From positions 4,201 to 68,200 of the forward strand of contig JAGVNC010000084.1 of assembly GCA_020053475.1 (NCBI GenBank): a stretch of DNA of 64,000 bases, given 5' to 3'. Shown piece by piece: positions 29,008 through 39,600 of this stretch (positions are counted from its first letter, which is position 1; every line of letters begins with the position of its first letter). The translations under genes and the position numbers were made by a program. The notes below the pieces were generated by a model that ran no database searches, was not told the DNA's origin, and saw only the letters and a program-made list of their open reading frames with translations. The stretch comes from Candidatus Omnitrophota bacterium. Its GTDB lineage: Bacteria; Omnitrophota; Gorgyraeia; Zapsychrales; Zapsychraceae.

Positions 29008-30581
29008 ATCTTCTGGGCCTGCTCAACCTTAAGGCCTAAACAGATGATTTCATAGAGGACAAACCCTAATCCCCCGATACAAAACAGCTTAACAACTTCA
29101 TTGGAAAAAAACCAGTGATTCCAGCTCCAGAACTCAAACACGCCGATCAACCCGGCAGCGGAGGTGACTTTAAGAAAATAACTTAACAAGTCGGAATTCA
29201 ATCCCCCCAAGCGTTTTTCCATGATGTACAACAAAACCAAAAAATCAATGGTCCCGGCAATCGAACTGGCCAAGGCAATCCCCCCGACTTTTAATGGGAA
29301 CATTAAAACAAAATTTAACGCCACATTAATCAGAAGGCAGGCTCCCGCGACTTTCACCGGAGTCTTCGTATCTTGAAGCGCGTAAAAACTCGTGACTAAA
29401 ATTTTAATGCCGCCAAAACTAAACAATCCAATTGAATAAAATGCCAAGGCCGAAGCGGTGATCGTCGTCGAATGTAAATCAAATTCTCCGCGCTGAAACA
29501 AAACGCGGATGATCGGGTTCGATAAAAAAAGAATAATCACCGTTGTGGGGCACATGATAAAGAAAATATTCTCCAGCGAAAAAACAATCATCTTCTTGAG
29601 GGCAGCCATGTCTTTACGGCTGGCGAGCCCCGACAATGAAGGCAAAACCGCCGAGGCTAACGCAACGCTAAAAATGCCCATGGGAAATTGAATAATCCTG
29701 TTGGAATAATAAATGGCTGAAATCCCCCCCGGGCCAACGATAAACGCCAACGATGCGCAGAAAGAATCAATAAAAACCGTCAATTGATAAATCCCGCTGC
29801 CGAACATGCGGGGAATCAGCAATCTGCCGATTTGCATGGCCCCGGGATGCTTAAGGCTTTTCGGTTTCTTAAGCCGAAACCCTATCTTAAACATCGGGGG
29901 AATCTGGACAGCCAATTGCAATACTCCTCCGACAAGGACACTGATGGCCAACCAATAAACGGGTTCGAGAGAAGTATAAAAAGAAATGCAGGCGCCGGCA
30001 ATCATGGCTAAATTAAGAAGGCAAGGGCTAAAAGCGGAGATGGCGAATGATTTAAATGTAAACAAAATCCCGACGCTATACGCGGTCAATCCGATGAGAA
30101 TCACATAAGGGAACATCAATTTTGTCAATTGGATCGTCATGGACAGCTTCTGAGGTTCGGCAATAAATCCGGGAGCCATCACCCGAACGATCCAAGGAGC
30201 GAACAAAATTCCTATCAATGTCAAGACACTCAGAATCATTAAGGCCAGGATTAAAATAACGTTCATAAATTCCCAAAGAGCGTTTTTATCGTATTTCTGT
30301 TTATATTCTGAAAAAACCGGCACAATGGCGGCTTGAGTCGCCCCCTCTCCCACTAAATCCCTCAATAGATTGGGGATCTTCTGGGCCAAGAAAAACGCAT
30401 CGGCCTTCCAACCGGTTCCCAATAACTTGGCGAGGATAACATCTCGGATAAACCCCAAGACGCGGGAGGCCAGCGTCCCCGAAGAGATAATGGACGTTGA
30501 GTGGATGATGGAGCGATGGGAATCCCCAATATCTGGGGTTAAAGTTCGCTCTGGGGCAGGTTGTGATTTATTAGTTGACAT
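28974..30581 (-). CDS. murJ: lipid II flippase MurJ/MviN
   Basis: 535 aa, 14 TM helices, RDVILAKLLGTG...AFF...AQKIPN N-terminal signature. Confidence 0.85.
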   Translation of the reverse strand: MSTNKSQPAPERTLTPDIGDSHRSIIHSTSIISSGTLASRVLGFIRDVILAKLLGTGWKADAFFLAQKIPNLLRDLVGEGATQAAIVPVFSEYKQKYDKNALWEFMNVILILALMILSVLTLIGILFAPWIVRVMAPGFIAEPQKLSMTIQLTKLMFPYVILIGLTAYSVGILFTFKSFAISAFSPCLLNLAMIAGACISFYTSLEPVYWLAISVLVGGVLQLAVQIPPMFKIGFRLKKPKSLKHPGAMQIGRLLIPRMFGSGIYQLTVFIDSFCASLAFIVGPGGISAIYYSNRIIQFPMGIFSVALASAVLPSLSGLASRKDMAALKKMIVFSLENIFFIMCPTTVIILFLSNPIIRVLFQRGEFDLHSTTITASALAFYSIGLFSFGGIKILVTSFYALQDTKTPVKVAGACLLINVALNFVLMFPLKVGGIALASSIAGTIDFLVLLYIMEKRLGGLNSDLLSYFLKVTSAAGLIGVFEFWSWNHWFFSNEVVKLFCIGGLGFVLYEIICLGLKVEQAQKIWEWIRRVKSI

Positions 30582-30660
30582 CTGAAAACCTATTTGTTAA
30601 TATTAATCCTCTTTTGGAATCGGAATCGACAATCGTTATTCATTAAAGGAGTTTTAGGCT

Positions 30661-30924
30661 GTGCCACAACGTAGGACTCAAATCAAAGATTTGCGTAAAA
30701 GCCAGAAAAAGCATTTACATAATTTGGACATTAAAACGGATTTAAGAAAAACAATTAAACATTTTCTATCTTCCGTCAATACCAAAAACAAGCAAGAAGC
30801 TTCCGATCAATTAAAAATTGTTTATAAAAAATTAGACAAGGCCGTGAAACGCCGCATTCTCCCCTTCAATACCGCGTCCCGACGTAAATCAAAATTTACG
30901 AAGTTAATAGCGAACTTAGCTTAA
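30661..30924 (+). CDS. rpsT: 30S ribosomal protein S20
   Basis: 87 aa, basic, MPQRRTQIKDLRKSQKKHLHN... matching the S20 N-terminus. Divergent from murJ. Confidence 0.85.
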   Translation: MPQRRTQIKDLRKSQKKHLHNLDIKTDLRKTIKHFLSSVNTKNKQEASDQLKIVYKKLDKAVKRRILPFNTASRRKSKFTKLIANLA

Positions 30925-31549
30925 CAACAGCCACTTCTAGCGCATATTCCGGTTGAAGAAGACTGCGCTTAATCTGCAGGTCCGCTTCCTGTAAATGCTT
31001 CAATCCTTGATGAAATTTCTGTGCGGGCAATCGTTGCTTGGATTTGCCCCAAAACCAAACTAACCCTCCCATGATTTGCAACGGATGGTCCCCATTTTCC
31101 AAAAGGCCCGACAAAATTTTTAACGCGTCTTGGGGCTGCCGGCTGGCCATCGCCCGCGTCATGTCAAAAACGTTTTGCGACACTTCTTGAGTCGTTGTCC
31201 GCAGTACTTGGGCCTTGGCGGGAAGCATTTTCAAAAAACTTTGAGGAAAGCCCTCATCCGTGTCCAAAATCAAGACGGTCGTTGGATTCTGCATTGCTAA
31301 AGATTCCAGGATTAACTTGCGATGGTGATCCGTTAATTTGTGGGCTTCCCGGATCATCACAAGCCGTTGAGAAGCGACAGCCGGTAAAGCCAGGAGAGAT
31401 TTCTTTAATGTGGCGGGATCTAAATCGATGGCGTGAAGCACTTCATAATCAAAATCGGGTGATTCTAGCGGCTGAAAAACTTTTTTTTTAATCGCCGCAA
31501 TCTTTTCGTCTTTGGCTGATCTGTCTTCGCCGAGTAGGATATAAATCAT
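30896..31549 (-). CDS. holA: DNA polymerase III delta subunit-like protein (short)
   Basis: N-terminus MIYILLGEDRSAKDEKIAAI resembles HolA. Sits immediately downstream of an LptE-like gene, the conserved lptE-holA order. Only 217 aa versus about 330. Confidence 0.4.
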   Translation of the reverse strand: MIYILLGEDRSAKDEKIAAIKKKVFQPLESPDFDYEVLHAIDLDPATLKKSLLALPAVASQRLVMIREAHKLTDHHRKLILESLAMQNPTTVLILDTDEGFPQSFLKMLPAKAQVLRTTTQEVSQNVFDMTRAMASRQPQDALKILSGLLENGDHPLQIMGGLVWFWGKSKQRLPAQKFHQGLKHLQEADLQIKRSLLQPEYALEVAVVKLSSLLTS

Positions 31550-31616
31550 AACTAAAGTTACATGTCACAAGTAAAAGCATTTTCTTGTGATTTGTGTCGT
31601 GTGTCTTGTGACTCCT

Positions 31617-32147
31617 TTACCAATCCTCTAATGTCCGCTCGACAATGCGACGGCCCAAATCTTCCACCGCTTCTTCCAAGGCGTCTTGCTCTGAGATCGC
31701 GCCCGGCCCGGAAACCAAATAGGTAGCTTCTCCCGTAAACCCCGATTCCACCCAAGAAATTTCCTGTTTGGTTGCGTCCCACATTTCCAAATTAACACCA
31801 ACATGGACGCGGTATTCTTGCACATCGTCATTATCCGTAAAACGCAACGCGGTTTTGTCATAGCTGGCAAGCTCTCCTCGTAGGACGAGATCCGCTGTTT
31901 CAGGAGTCGTGATTTTCAAATACCCGTTAAATAAAAATCGGTCAATGATGGACTTGCGCACTTCGACTTCCAGCAAAGGAAAGTAAACGTTACGCTTGTT
32001 CTCTTTGGTATAATCAATTTTATTCTTAAAAGGCTCGATATAAATCGTTTTGATGTGGCTGGGGAGAGTCGATCTTGTCGTATACCCACAACTGAAAAAG
32101 ACAACGGGGGCAATAGCCAGAACTATTAAACAGAGATATTTTTTCAT
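31617..32147 (-). CDS. lptE: LptE/RlpB-like LPS-assembly lipoprotein
   Basis: Lipobox VFFSCG, 176 aa, and position upstream of holA as in E. coli. Confidence 0.45.
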   Translation of the reverse strand: MKKYLCLIVLAIAPVVFFSCGYTTRSTLPSHIKTIYIEPFKNKIDYTKENKRNVYFPLLEVEVRKSIIDRFLFNGYLKITTPETADLVLRGELASYDKTALRFTDNDDVQEYRVHVGVNLEMWDATKQEISWVESGFTGEATYLVSGPGAISEQDALEEAVEDLGRRIVERTLEDW

Positions 32148-33103
32148 TGAATTTTTTGATTAAGCTGTTGGATTTTTTCCAAAGCCTTGGCAGCCCAGAC
32201 TGTGTTCTCAAAGCCATCCACAACGGCTTGATAATAAACTTTGGCCGCTTGATAGGATTTTTGTTTTTCATAAAATTGGGCGATGAGAAAAGCGTTTTGG
32301 GCCTCTTTATCGTTGAGGTGCTGGATGTTGACCTTGGCTTCGTCTGAAAACTCGGCATCCGGATAAATCGACACAAACTCTTTAAATTCCTTTGCAGCTG
32401 CCTGAGTGACTTTCTGGTCGTATTGCGCGTCTGTAGACCGCTTCGCGTCGGCAACGGCAATTTGATATTTGGCGGCTTTGACCCATTCGCTATCCGGATA
32501 ATCGTTGATTAATTTTTCAAATTCGTCACGCGACTCCTGATACATCCCTTTTTCCAGGAAAAACAGACCAACCTTATATTGGGACGGTGCGGCCAATTCC
32601 CCGTACGGGGCATTTTTAATCACCGTTCGAAAGACATCGATGACATTATAATCGCCTCCGACAACGGCATTCACAAATTTATTTTGGCTGTTATTCCCCT
32701 CTAAAAGCTTAATGCCGATATCGTATTCTTTTTTGATAATATCCCGGGCACGCTCACTAAAGGGATACCGATCGATCACCAGTTGATATTGTTTAAAGGC
32801 CTGGGATAAATCACCTTGCTCCTCGGAAATAAGGGCAATGTAATATTGAGCTTCGGGGGCCTCGCGGGCGCGGGGATAATGCTTGATGAGCTTATTCAAT
32901 TCGCGGGTGGCCTCTTGATACTGCTTGGACTTATAAAAATCTAACGCCAACTCAAGCTGTTCGCCCGGGGTGTCCTTAACGGAGAATTTGGGGTTTTCCC
33001 ATTTATTGGTTTCCGGCGTCCACATCCAAAACGCGAAAACATTGTTTGTGGGGACCAATAAAAAGACTACTAATAAATATATAAATATTATCTTACGTAT
33101 CAT
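32144..33103 (-). CDS. secreted TPR-repeat protein (BamD/YbgF-like)
   Basis: Signal peptide, then repeated A..Y..A.....G....A...Y TPR-like units; 319 aa. Confidence 0.4.
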   Translation of the reverse strand: MIRKIIFIYLLVVFLLVPTNNVFAFWMWTPETNKWENPKFSVKDTPGEQLELALDFYKSKQYQEATRELNKLIKHYPRAREAPEAQYYIALISEEQGDLSQAFKQYQLVIDRYPFSERARDIIKKEYDIGIKLLEGNNSQNKFVNAVVGGDYNVIDVFRTVIKNAPYGELAAPSQYKVGLFFLEKGMYQESRDEFEKLINDYPDSEWVKAAKYQIAVADAKRSTDAQYDQKVTQAAAKEFKEFVSIYPDAEFSDEAKVNIQHLNDKEAQNAFLIAQFYEKQKSYQAAKVYYQAVVDGFENTVWAAKALEKIQQLNQKIQ

Positions 33104-33258
33104 TCCGCAAATTTAGCACACTCTCTTGGCTTTGTCAAATCCATAAAAAAGCTCCTATCCTCTTGCCATAGAATATTTAAGTTTAATTTACCCCACTTTA
33201 TTATGCGATCATCCCTGATCAATTAAATTTTCAGCCCCGGCTACCTACAACTGTAGAT

Positions 33259-33513
33259 CTACTCGACACGCTCGCAAGAAACCAAATCCCCACTCTCCCA
33301 TGGAGACAGGGGAGTGCCCTCCCCCAACTCTAACTTTTTTGCGGCCATATGAAACTCTTTTGTAGCCTTACAACGAGCTTCGGCTTCATTAGCGGCTTCC
33401 ACTTCATATATCCCTTTGTAACTGCTAGATCTCCAGTGAGGGGATTGTTCATCTATAGATTCTCCTTTTGCGAATTGCTGGAAGCGTTCCGAATATGCCA
33501 GCCTACCAATCAT
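33259..33513 (-). CDS. hypothetical small protein downstream of the giant gene (GC-shifted)
   Basis: 84-aa ORF in the GC-rich block; no recognisable motif. Confidence 0.2.
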   Translation of the reverse strand: MIGRLAYSERFQQFAKGESIDEQSPHWRSSSYKGIYEVEAANEAEARCKATKEFHMAAKKLELGEGTPLSPWESGDLVSCERVE

Positions 33514-33693
33514 TAGGTGTTACCATTCGGAACGCCTCCGAATTTCCCTCCGGATTTCCCAACCTCTCCCACAGGCACGGAACAGATCAGGTGAAGCAAC
33601 GTGGTGTCATCCAAGGGTTTGAAACAGATGGTAGTCTGCGGAACGCGAAACGGCTCATGGTTCTCAAGGTTAAAGGCGTTTCTGTTGCTTTCG

Positions 33694-36600
33694 TCACAGT
33701 CTGGTTTTCGTTGGGATGGGGGGGGACTTAGGCGTGATGGTGCTGGGTGTGACGGTGATGGGTGTGTCATGGGTATAATAGGGGGAAGCGGCTCCCACCG
33801 TATCGATGGCTCGGCAGCGGAGAAGCGCCTGGGCTTTCTCTGACAGGGTGTTCAAATTCCACACGACCGCCTCCCCTGCAGAATGCGTGCCAATGAGATT
33901 CCAGTCTCCTCCGTACACCTCGTACACCTCCTCCCCGATCTCGATGGCAGGAGGAACCGCAGCGGCCAGTGCGCGCTCAAATGCAGGAGCCGGCGTATCG
34001 AGTTGGAAGGTAGGGAAATCTTCGAGGAACAAGGTCAAGGTCTCTCCTGGCAACATGGTGATTGCCGTACTATTCGTTAAGGCATAGTTACAACTGCTCG
34101 CCGGGCCGCTCAGGCAGAACCCTTTCGCGGTGTGATCGAGCTTCGCCGCGGTATCTGGGCCGGGAAGAAAGAGGAGGGCTTCTCCGGTTGTCGAACTCCA
34201 ATACCCGCTCAACGGCGGCCATCCGACCTGCATCGTCGCGAAGCCTGGGATGAGAACAGAAGCGAGGGTTCCATCCATCGACGTGGAGATCCACGTATCG
34301 AAGGAAGGATTGTAGTAACGCGTGTCAAAGAAGCGTACTTCATTGAGCGTAATGGGCGGACCGGTCCGGATGATGCGCAGGAGCGGGCTCTTGGCATTCG
34401 ACCATGCGTGGATCTCGGCCGCCCATCCTGTCCCTTGCTTGGCCACGGCACGCCAGAACGCATAGGTGGCGCTACTCTCTTGGAGCGTGAAGTCGAAAGT
34501 ATGCCATCCGTCTGCGTAGAAGGAGAGCGCCACCGCTGGGCCAGCCGCCCCTGGATACGCAGTATTGAAGACATAGCCCGTGGGATACTGATGGTTGCAC
34601 GTGACTCGTCCAATCGAAGCTGAGAGTTCACAATTAAGACTGATGTCCGTCTGCGGAGCCCAGGACAGATAATTATCATTGGCGATGATGGATCCTGGGT
34701 ACGTTGGCAATGAAGCACCGCTGTTACCATAATAAATAGCATAGTTGGTTTTGCCTTGAATATCTGCAAGAAACGTGATGGTTCCCTGGAGAAGACTGGC
34801 ATAACTGGGCACTTCATTTCCACCCTGGCCACAGGGCGCATCGATGACGCGTATGGCATTGGCCTGACCACCAAACATCGATAAATCCAGGAACACCGGC
34901 GTGGCAGGCCGTGGAATCGGCTGAGGAAGTGGATCGGTGAATGTCACGGTTCGACACGACTGCCATGTCCCTAACGACGCCTCGACGTCATACATCAGCA
35001 AGTCACCTGGAGAATCGGAAGACCCGGAGCAGGCGAGCGCAACCGATTCAAAAAACGTGCCCTTGCAGACGGCACCATTGCAAGAGAGCGACGTGGGAAT
35101 CGTCGGGGGGGTGTTGAGCGTAAAGGTCACCGACGTGAAAGCGGGATGGCCCACCGCATCGTTGGCGAACAGGGTCAGCGAATGGGGGCCGGCAGTGACT
35201 TGCAGGGTGGTCGGCGCACAGGACGGCAGGGCCTGCGGCGGACTCTCGTCGAGCGTGTACCAACATGACGCGACCCCACTGAACGCATCCGTCACGGTAT
35301 AGCTGAGGGGAATCGGGAGCGCGGCATACGTGATGTCCTTTGGCGACTCCAAGGTGATGGCCGGCGGTGTGATATCGAGCGCGATGCTCGCGACCTGGAT
35401 GGTTTCGCTATTGTTCACGATGTCCTGGGAGTGGAATCTGAGGTAGTTCGTCCCCTCTGTCGAGATGAAAAACGGCGCAGAATACGTTAGGAACGGGACA
35501 CACGAATTGTTTTGATCAAGACAATAGAGAGTCGTCGCGCACCCGGCGCCCCCGGCATCGGTACACGTCAACGTCACCAGCGCATCCGTACTCTGCCAGC
35601 CTTGGGGCACGCTGGCGGAAGTCACGGGCGGCAGGTTATCAATGGTAAAGGCCACGGTGGTTGCGGTTTCATGCCCCAGGACATCGCTCGCCCCAATCGT
35701 CAGGTTATGGGGGCCGGGGGAGAGTTGTTGAAGGATGGTGTGCTCACACGCCGGGAGCGTCTGCGCCATGCCGTCATCCAGCGTGTACCAACAACTCTGG
35801 ATGCCACTCAATGCATCGGCCGCTTCGTAGACCACTGGAAGATCAGCCAGCGGGTAGACACTGTTGTTGGTGGGGGACTCGATGACAAGTGACGGGGGTG
35901 TTTTATCGAGCAAGACAATGTGCGACTGGATGGTTTCCAGATTACCGGCGTTATCTTTGGCTTGGATGCGGAGATAATGTGTTCCCTCATTGGAAATCAG
36001 CACGGGGGCTTGATACGGCGTCAGAGGAAGACAGGCATTCTCTTGATCGACGCAATAGTCTATCGTCGCGCACCCGGCACCCCCACTATCGGTACACGTC
36101 AAGGTCACCAGCGCATCCATACTCTGCCAACCTTGGGGAAAGACGCCGGAGGTCACGGGAGGAAGATTATCAATCGTCAGCGTGCCGGATGACACAAGCG
36201 GTTGGCTCTGCTGTCCTTCCGCAGACGCCACACAACGCAAATGCACATTCTCTATTGCATCAAATGCCGACGTATCCCAGAGCACGGAACCGCCAGCCGG
36301 GTGCGTACCGATCGGCGTCCAGGCCTTGAAGGTCGGCACGAGGGGCGCGACAAAGCGATCATACGCTTCCACACTTTGTGGCCCCATCGCCTGCTCCAAC
36401 GAGCCGGTCGTGAAGATCAGCCGCCAGGGATGGATGGTGCCAGACGGGAACGGCTGCACCGACAGCGGATACCAGGTGCCGCCAAAGCTCGGTTGGCCGC
36501 CATTGTTACTGACCCCCAGGGGGTGCGGCAGTTGCGAGGCATAGGTCATCGCGAGCACTTGTTCCAGAGAAAGATTAGATTCGGATTTCGAGATCGCCAC

Positions 36601-39600
36601 GCGCGTCCGCTCCTGGTCGCCAAAGGTAAGCACCGGCGCACTGGCCGAGGCCGTGTAGACACTGGGATTGCTGCCGTAACTGTAAGAGAACGGCGTGGGG
36701 CCGGTTGAGCCGCCGGTGTAGAAGGCCACCGTATCCCCCCACGCCGTGCCTCCATTAAAGGAGGAGCGTACATCAATCCAGGGGCTGCCACGGTAGAATC
36801 GGAACGCCTGCCACGCGAGCCCTCCGGGCTTGGCGCAAGTGACCTCCACGACGACTGGTCCACTGGCCGTCACCGAACAGGCGGCATCGGTGACGGTGCG
36901 ATCAAAGATGGCGGTGCCAGGCCCTGTCCATGTGGTATTGGTCAACATGCCCAGCGACCCATCCGAATCCGGAGCGTTTTCATAATCCCACCCGATGAGC
37001 CCTTGCGTGAGGGAAAACGGTTTGTACACGAGTTCGTGGATGACGCCGCCGGCATGGTCTAGCCAAGCTTTCACCACCGCATTTTCGATGGTACAGTCTG
37101 CGCTGACACAATCGCCGGTGTGCACCAGATCGGAACTGTACGTCGGGGCGCCTTGATCGGTGGTGGCGTAGTAGATCCCGTACGCCACCGGCGTGCCAGC
37201 GGGACGCGTGGCCAGGAAGACCAGGCGGGTGCTCTGATACGTCGTGCCGACCAGCGTCGACTCATACGTTTGCGAAGGAATTTCTTGGCCGCCGGCGCCA
37301 CAGGCCGCATCGACGACCCGTAAGGAATCTTTGAAGGGCGCCTCGGTCCAGACCGAGGCATCCAACATGAGGTCCACCGGTTCCGACTCATAGGCCAGGG
37401 GGGAGGCCGTATCTAATGTCACTGTGAAACACTTCGGAAACGCCGGATTCCACCAGCCGGGTTGTTGCACATCTTGTTCATCTTCATGCCATTCTTCGGC
37501 GGTATACACGAGCGGGTCCTGCTGTGCGTCCGTGGCGCCGCTGCAAACCACATCGATGGTCCCGGAAAACAGCCCGGTGCAATTGCCGTCATTACACTGC
37601 ATCGCGGTCGGCGGTGTCGGGGGGGTGTTCTGTTGGCACGCCAACGTACAGTCTTGCGTGCCGGCCATCACGCCTTCACAGGCAGGGTCAGCTGTACAAC
37701 CCGCAGCATACAGCGACGACCGACAGATCGGCGCGTTGTCTTCTCCGGTACAGATGGCGGAACACGTATCGCTAAAGTAGGTCTTCCCGACGGCGCATCC
37801 CGGAAGATCGCTGCCAGGAAACACCTGATCGCAGGACGCATCCGCACCGCACGCTGCGGCACAAATTTCCGCCACATCATCTCCGCTACCTCCCTGCCAG
37901 TCGCATTGGAAGATTGCAAGCGATGAGCACGCGTCCTGTTCTTTTTCATCACAGTATTGCGGAGCCCCACAGGTGCTCTCGGCCGACAGGACACAATCCG
38001 TACCGGTCACTTCGCAGGCCCGTTCGTTGAACGAGCCGCCGTGTTCACACGCATCTTCATGCGGCGTGGTTTCATCGCACGACGGGGGAGCCCCGAATGC
38101 CTCTTCGCAACTGCCGCCACCGCTACACGTCATCGTGGTGCCAGCACATTGCAGTGACGATTCGAGTTCGCCATTGCGGCAGGCTTCCCCATACGTGTTG
38201 CACGACCCATCCGAGCATGTCTGTCCTGTCGGAGATGCCTCCACGCAATTGCCACCATTGACAGAGCACGCGGCTCCGCAACAGAATCCATTTTTCGCAG
38301 GAACCCCAAGACCGCAGTCGCCGTCGTTGCAATCCACAAATCCATCACAATCATTGTCAACACCGTCGTTGCACAGTTCTGCTTGGAGACAGGAGACGCA
38401 CACGTTACTCAGCGGATTGCTGTCTGGTTTCTTGCAGTAATTGCCCGGGCCGCAGTCCGCGTCCGCCCCGCAGTTCAGCACCAGATAGTTCTCACTATGC
38501 TCGCCAACGTCGAACTGGCCGTTCTCGTTCGTGTCCCAGTACTCCCACAGCTTGCCCCCGTAGAACCCGTACCCGTAGGGATTCCCGGCCGGGTAATTGG
38601 AGAGGCACAGGATGTCGGGGAAGCCGATCTCGTTCACGGGGCCCGTGTACGTCTTCGTGACCGTCACCGCGTTCTCGACCTTCTCGTCGCAGTCCCCGTC
38701 GTAGCAGCCGTAGGACATGGTCTGGGCGAAGTTCACCATGTCGCTCACGAGGTAGCCTGATTTCACCTCGCAGCGGAACCACACCTTGTACGTGTCGCCT
38801 GCGAGCATGTAGTGCTCCAGATAGCCGTCGTTGTCCACGTCCGCATGCTTCCACTGGTAATTGTTCGCGCAGTACGGGCCGTACTTTATGGTGTCGACGT
38901 ACCCGGAGTATGGCGGCTCGTTTACGACGATCGTCCAGTTGTAGCATTCGTTCTCATCGCCGCCGCAGATGTTCTCGTCGGTCTGCCCGTCGCAGTTGTT
39001 ATCCACACCGTCGTGCGGACACACTTCCGTTGTTGGACCCTGCCCTCCGGTGCACGGGCCCCACTGGCCGCTTACGCATGTCTGCGTGCCGAAGGAGCAT
39101 GCTCCTACATCTGTTCCACAGGGCTTGGTCTGACCGTTCACACAACTGCACCCTTCATCCGTGATCCCGTCACAATTATCATCGATGCCGTTGCAGAGTT
39201 CCTGCGCGCCGGGGGTGCCGGTGCTGCAGCTGGATTTGCATTGGGACGTCGTCGGATTGCACCCGTAGGCGCAGTCTTGGACCAATGTTTCCTGAAGAAT
39301 CGTGTCCTGAAGGGCGCAAATACCTTCCATTGGAATGGTCGAGCTGCAGCCATACTGGTACTGGGTGGTGAGCACATAGACATCGTCATTTTTGCAGTAC
39401 GGTGATGAGGAAAAACTGTAGTTTTGCGCTTCACACACTGTTTCGCAAGGATAATAGCCGCATGGGTTCAGTTGGCATGCCAGCCATCCTCCACTGATTT
39501 CACCGATTGCAAGAGCAGAGCAAAAGCCACAATTCAGGAGATCAAAGAACACTTTTAATCCGATCCCTTCTAACAGCATCGTCCCGTAAATCTTAAACGC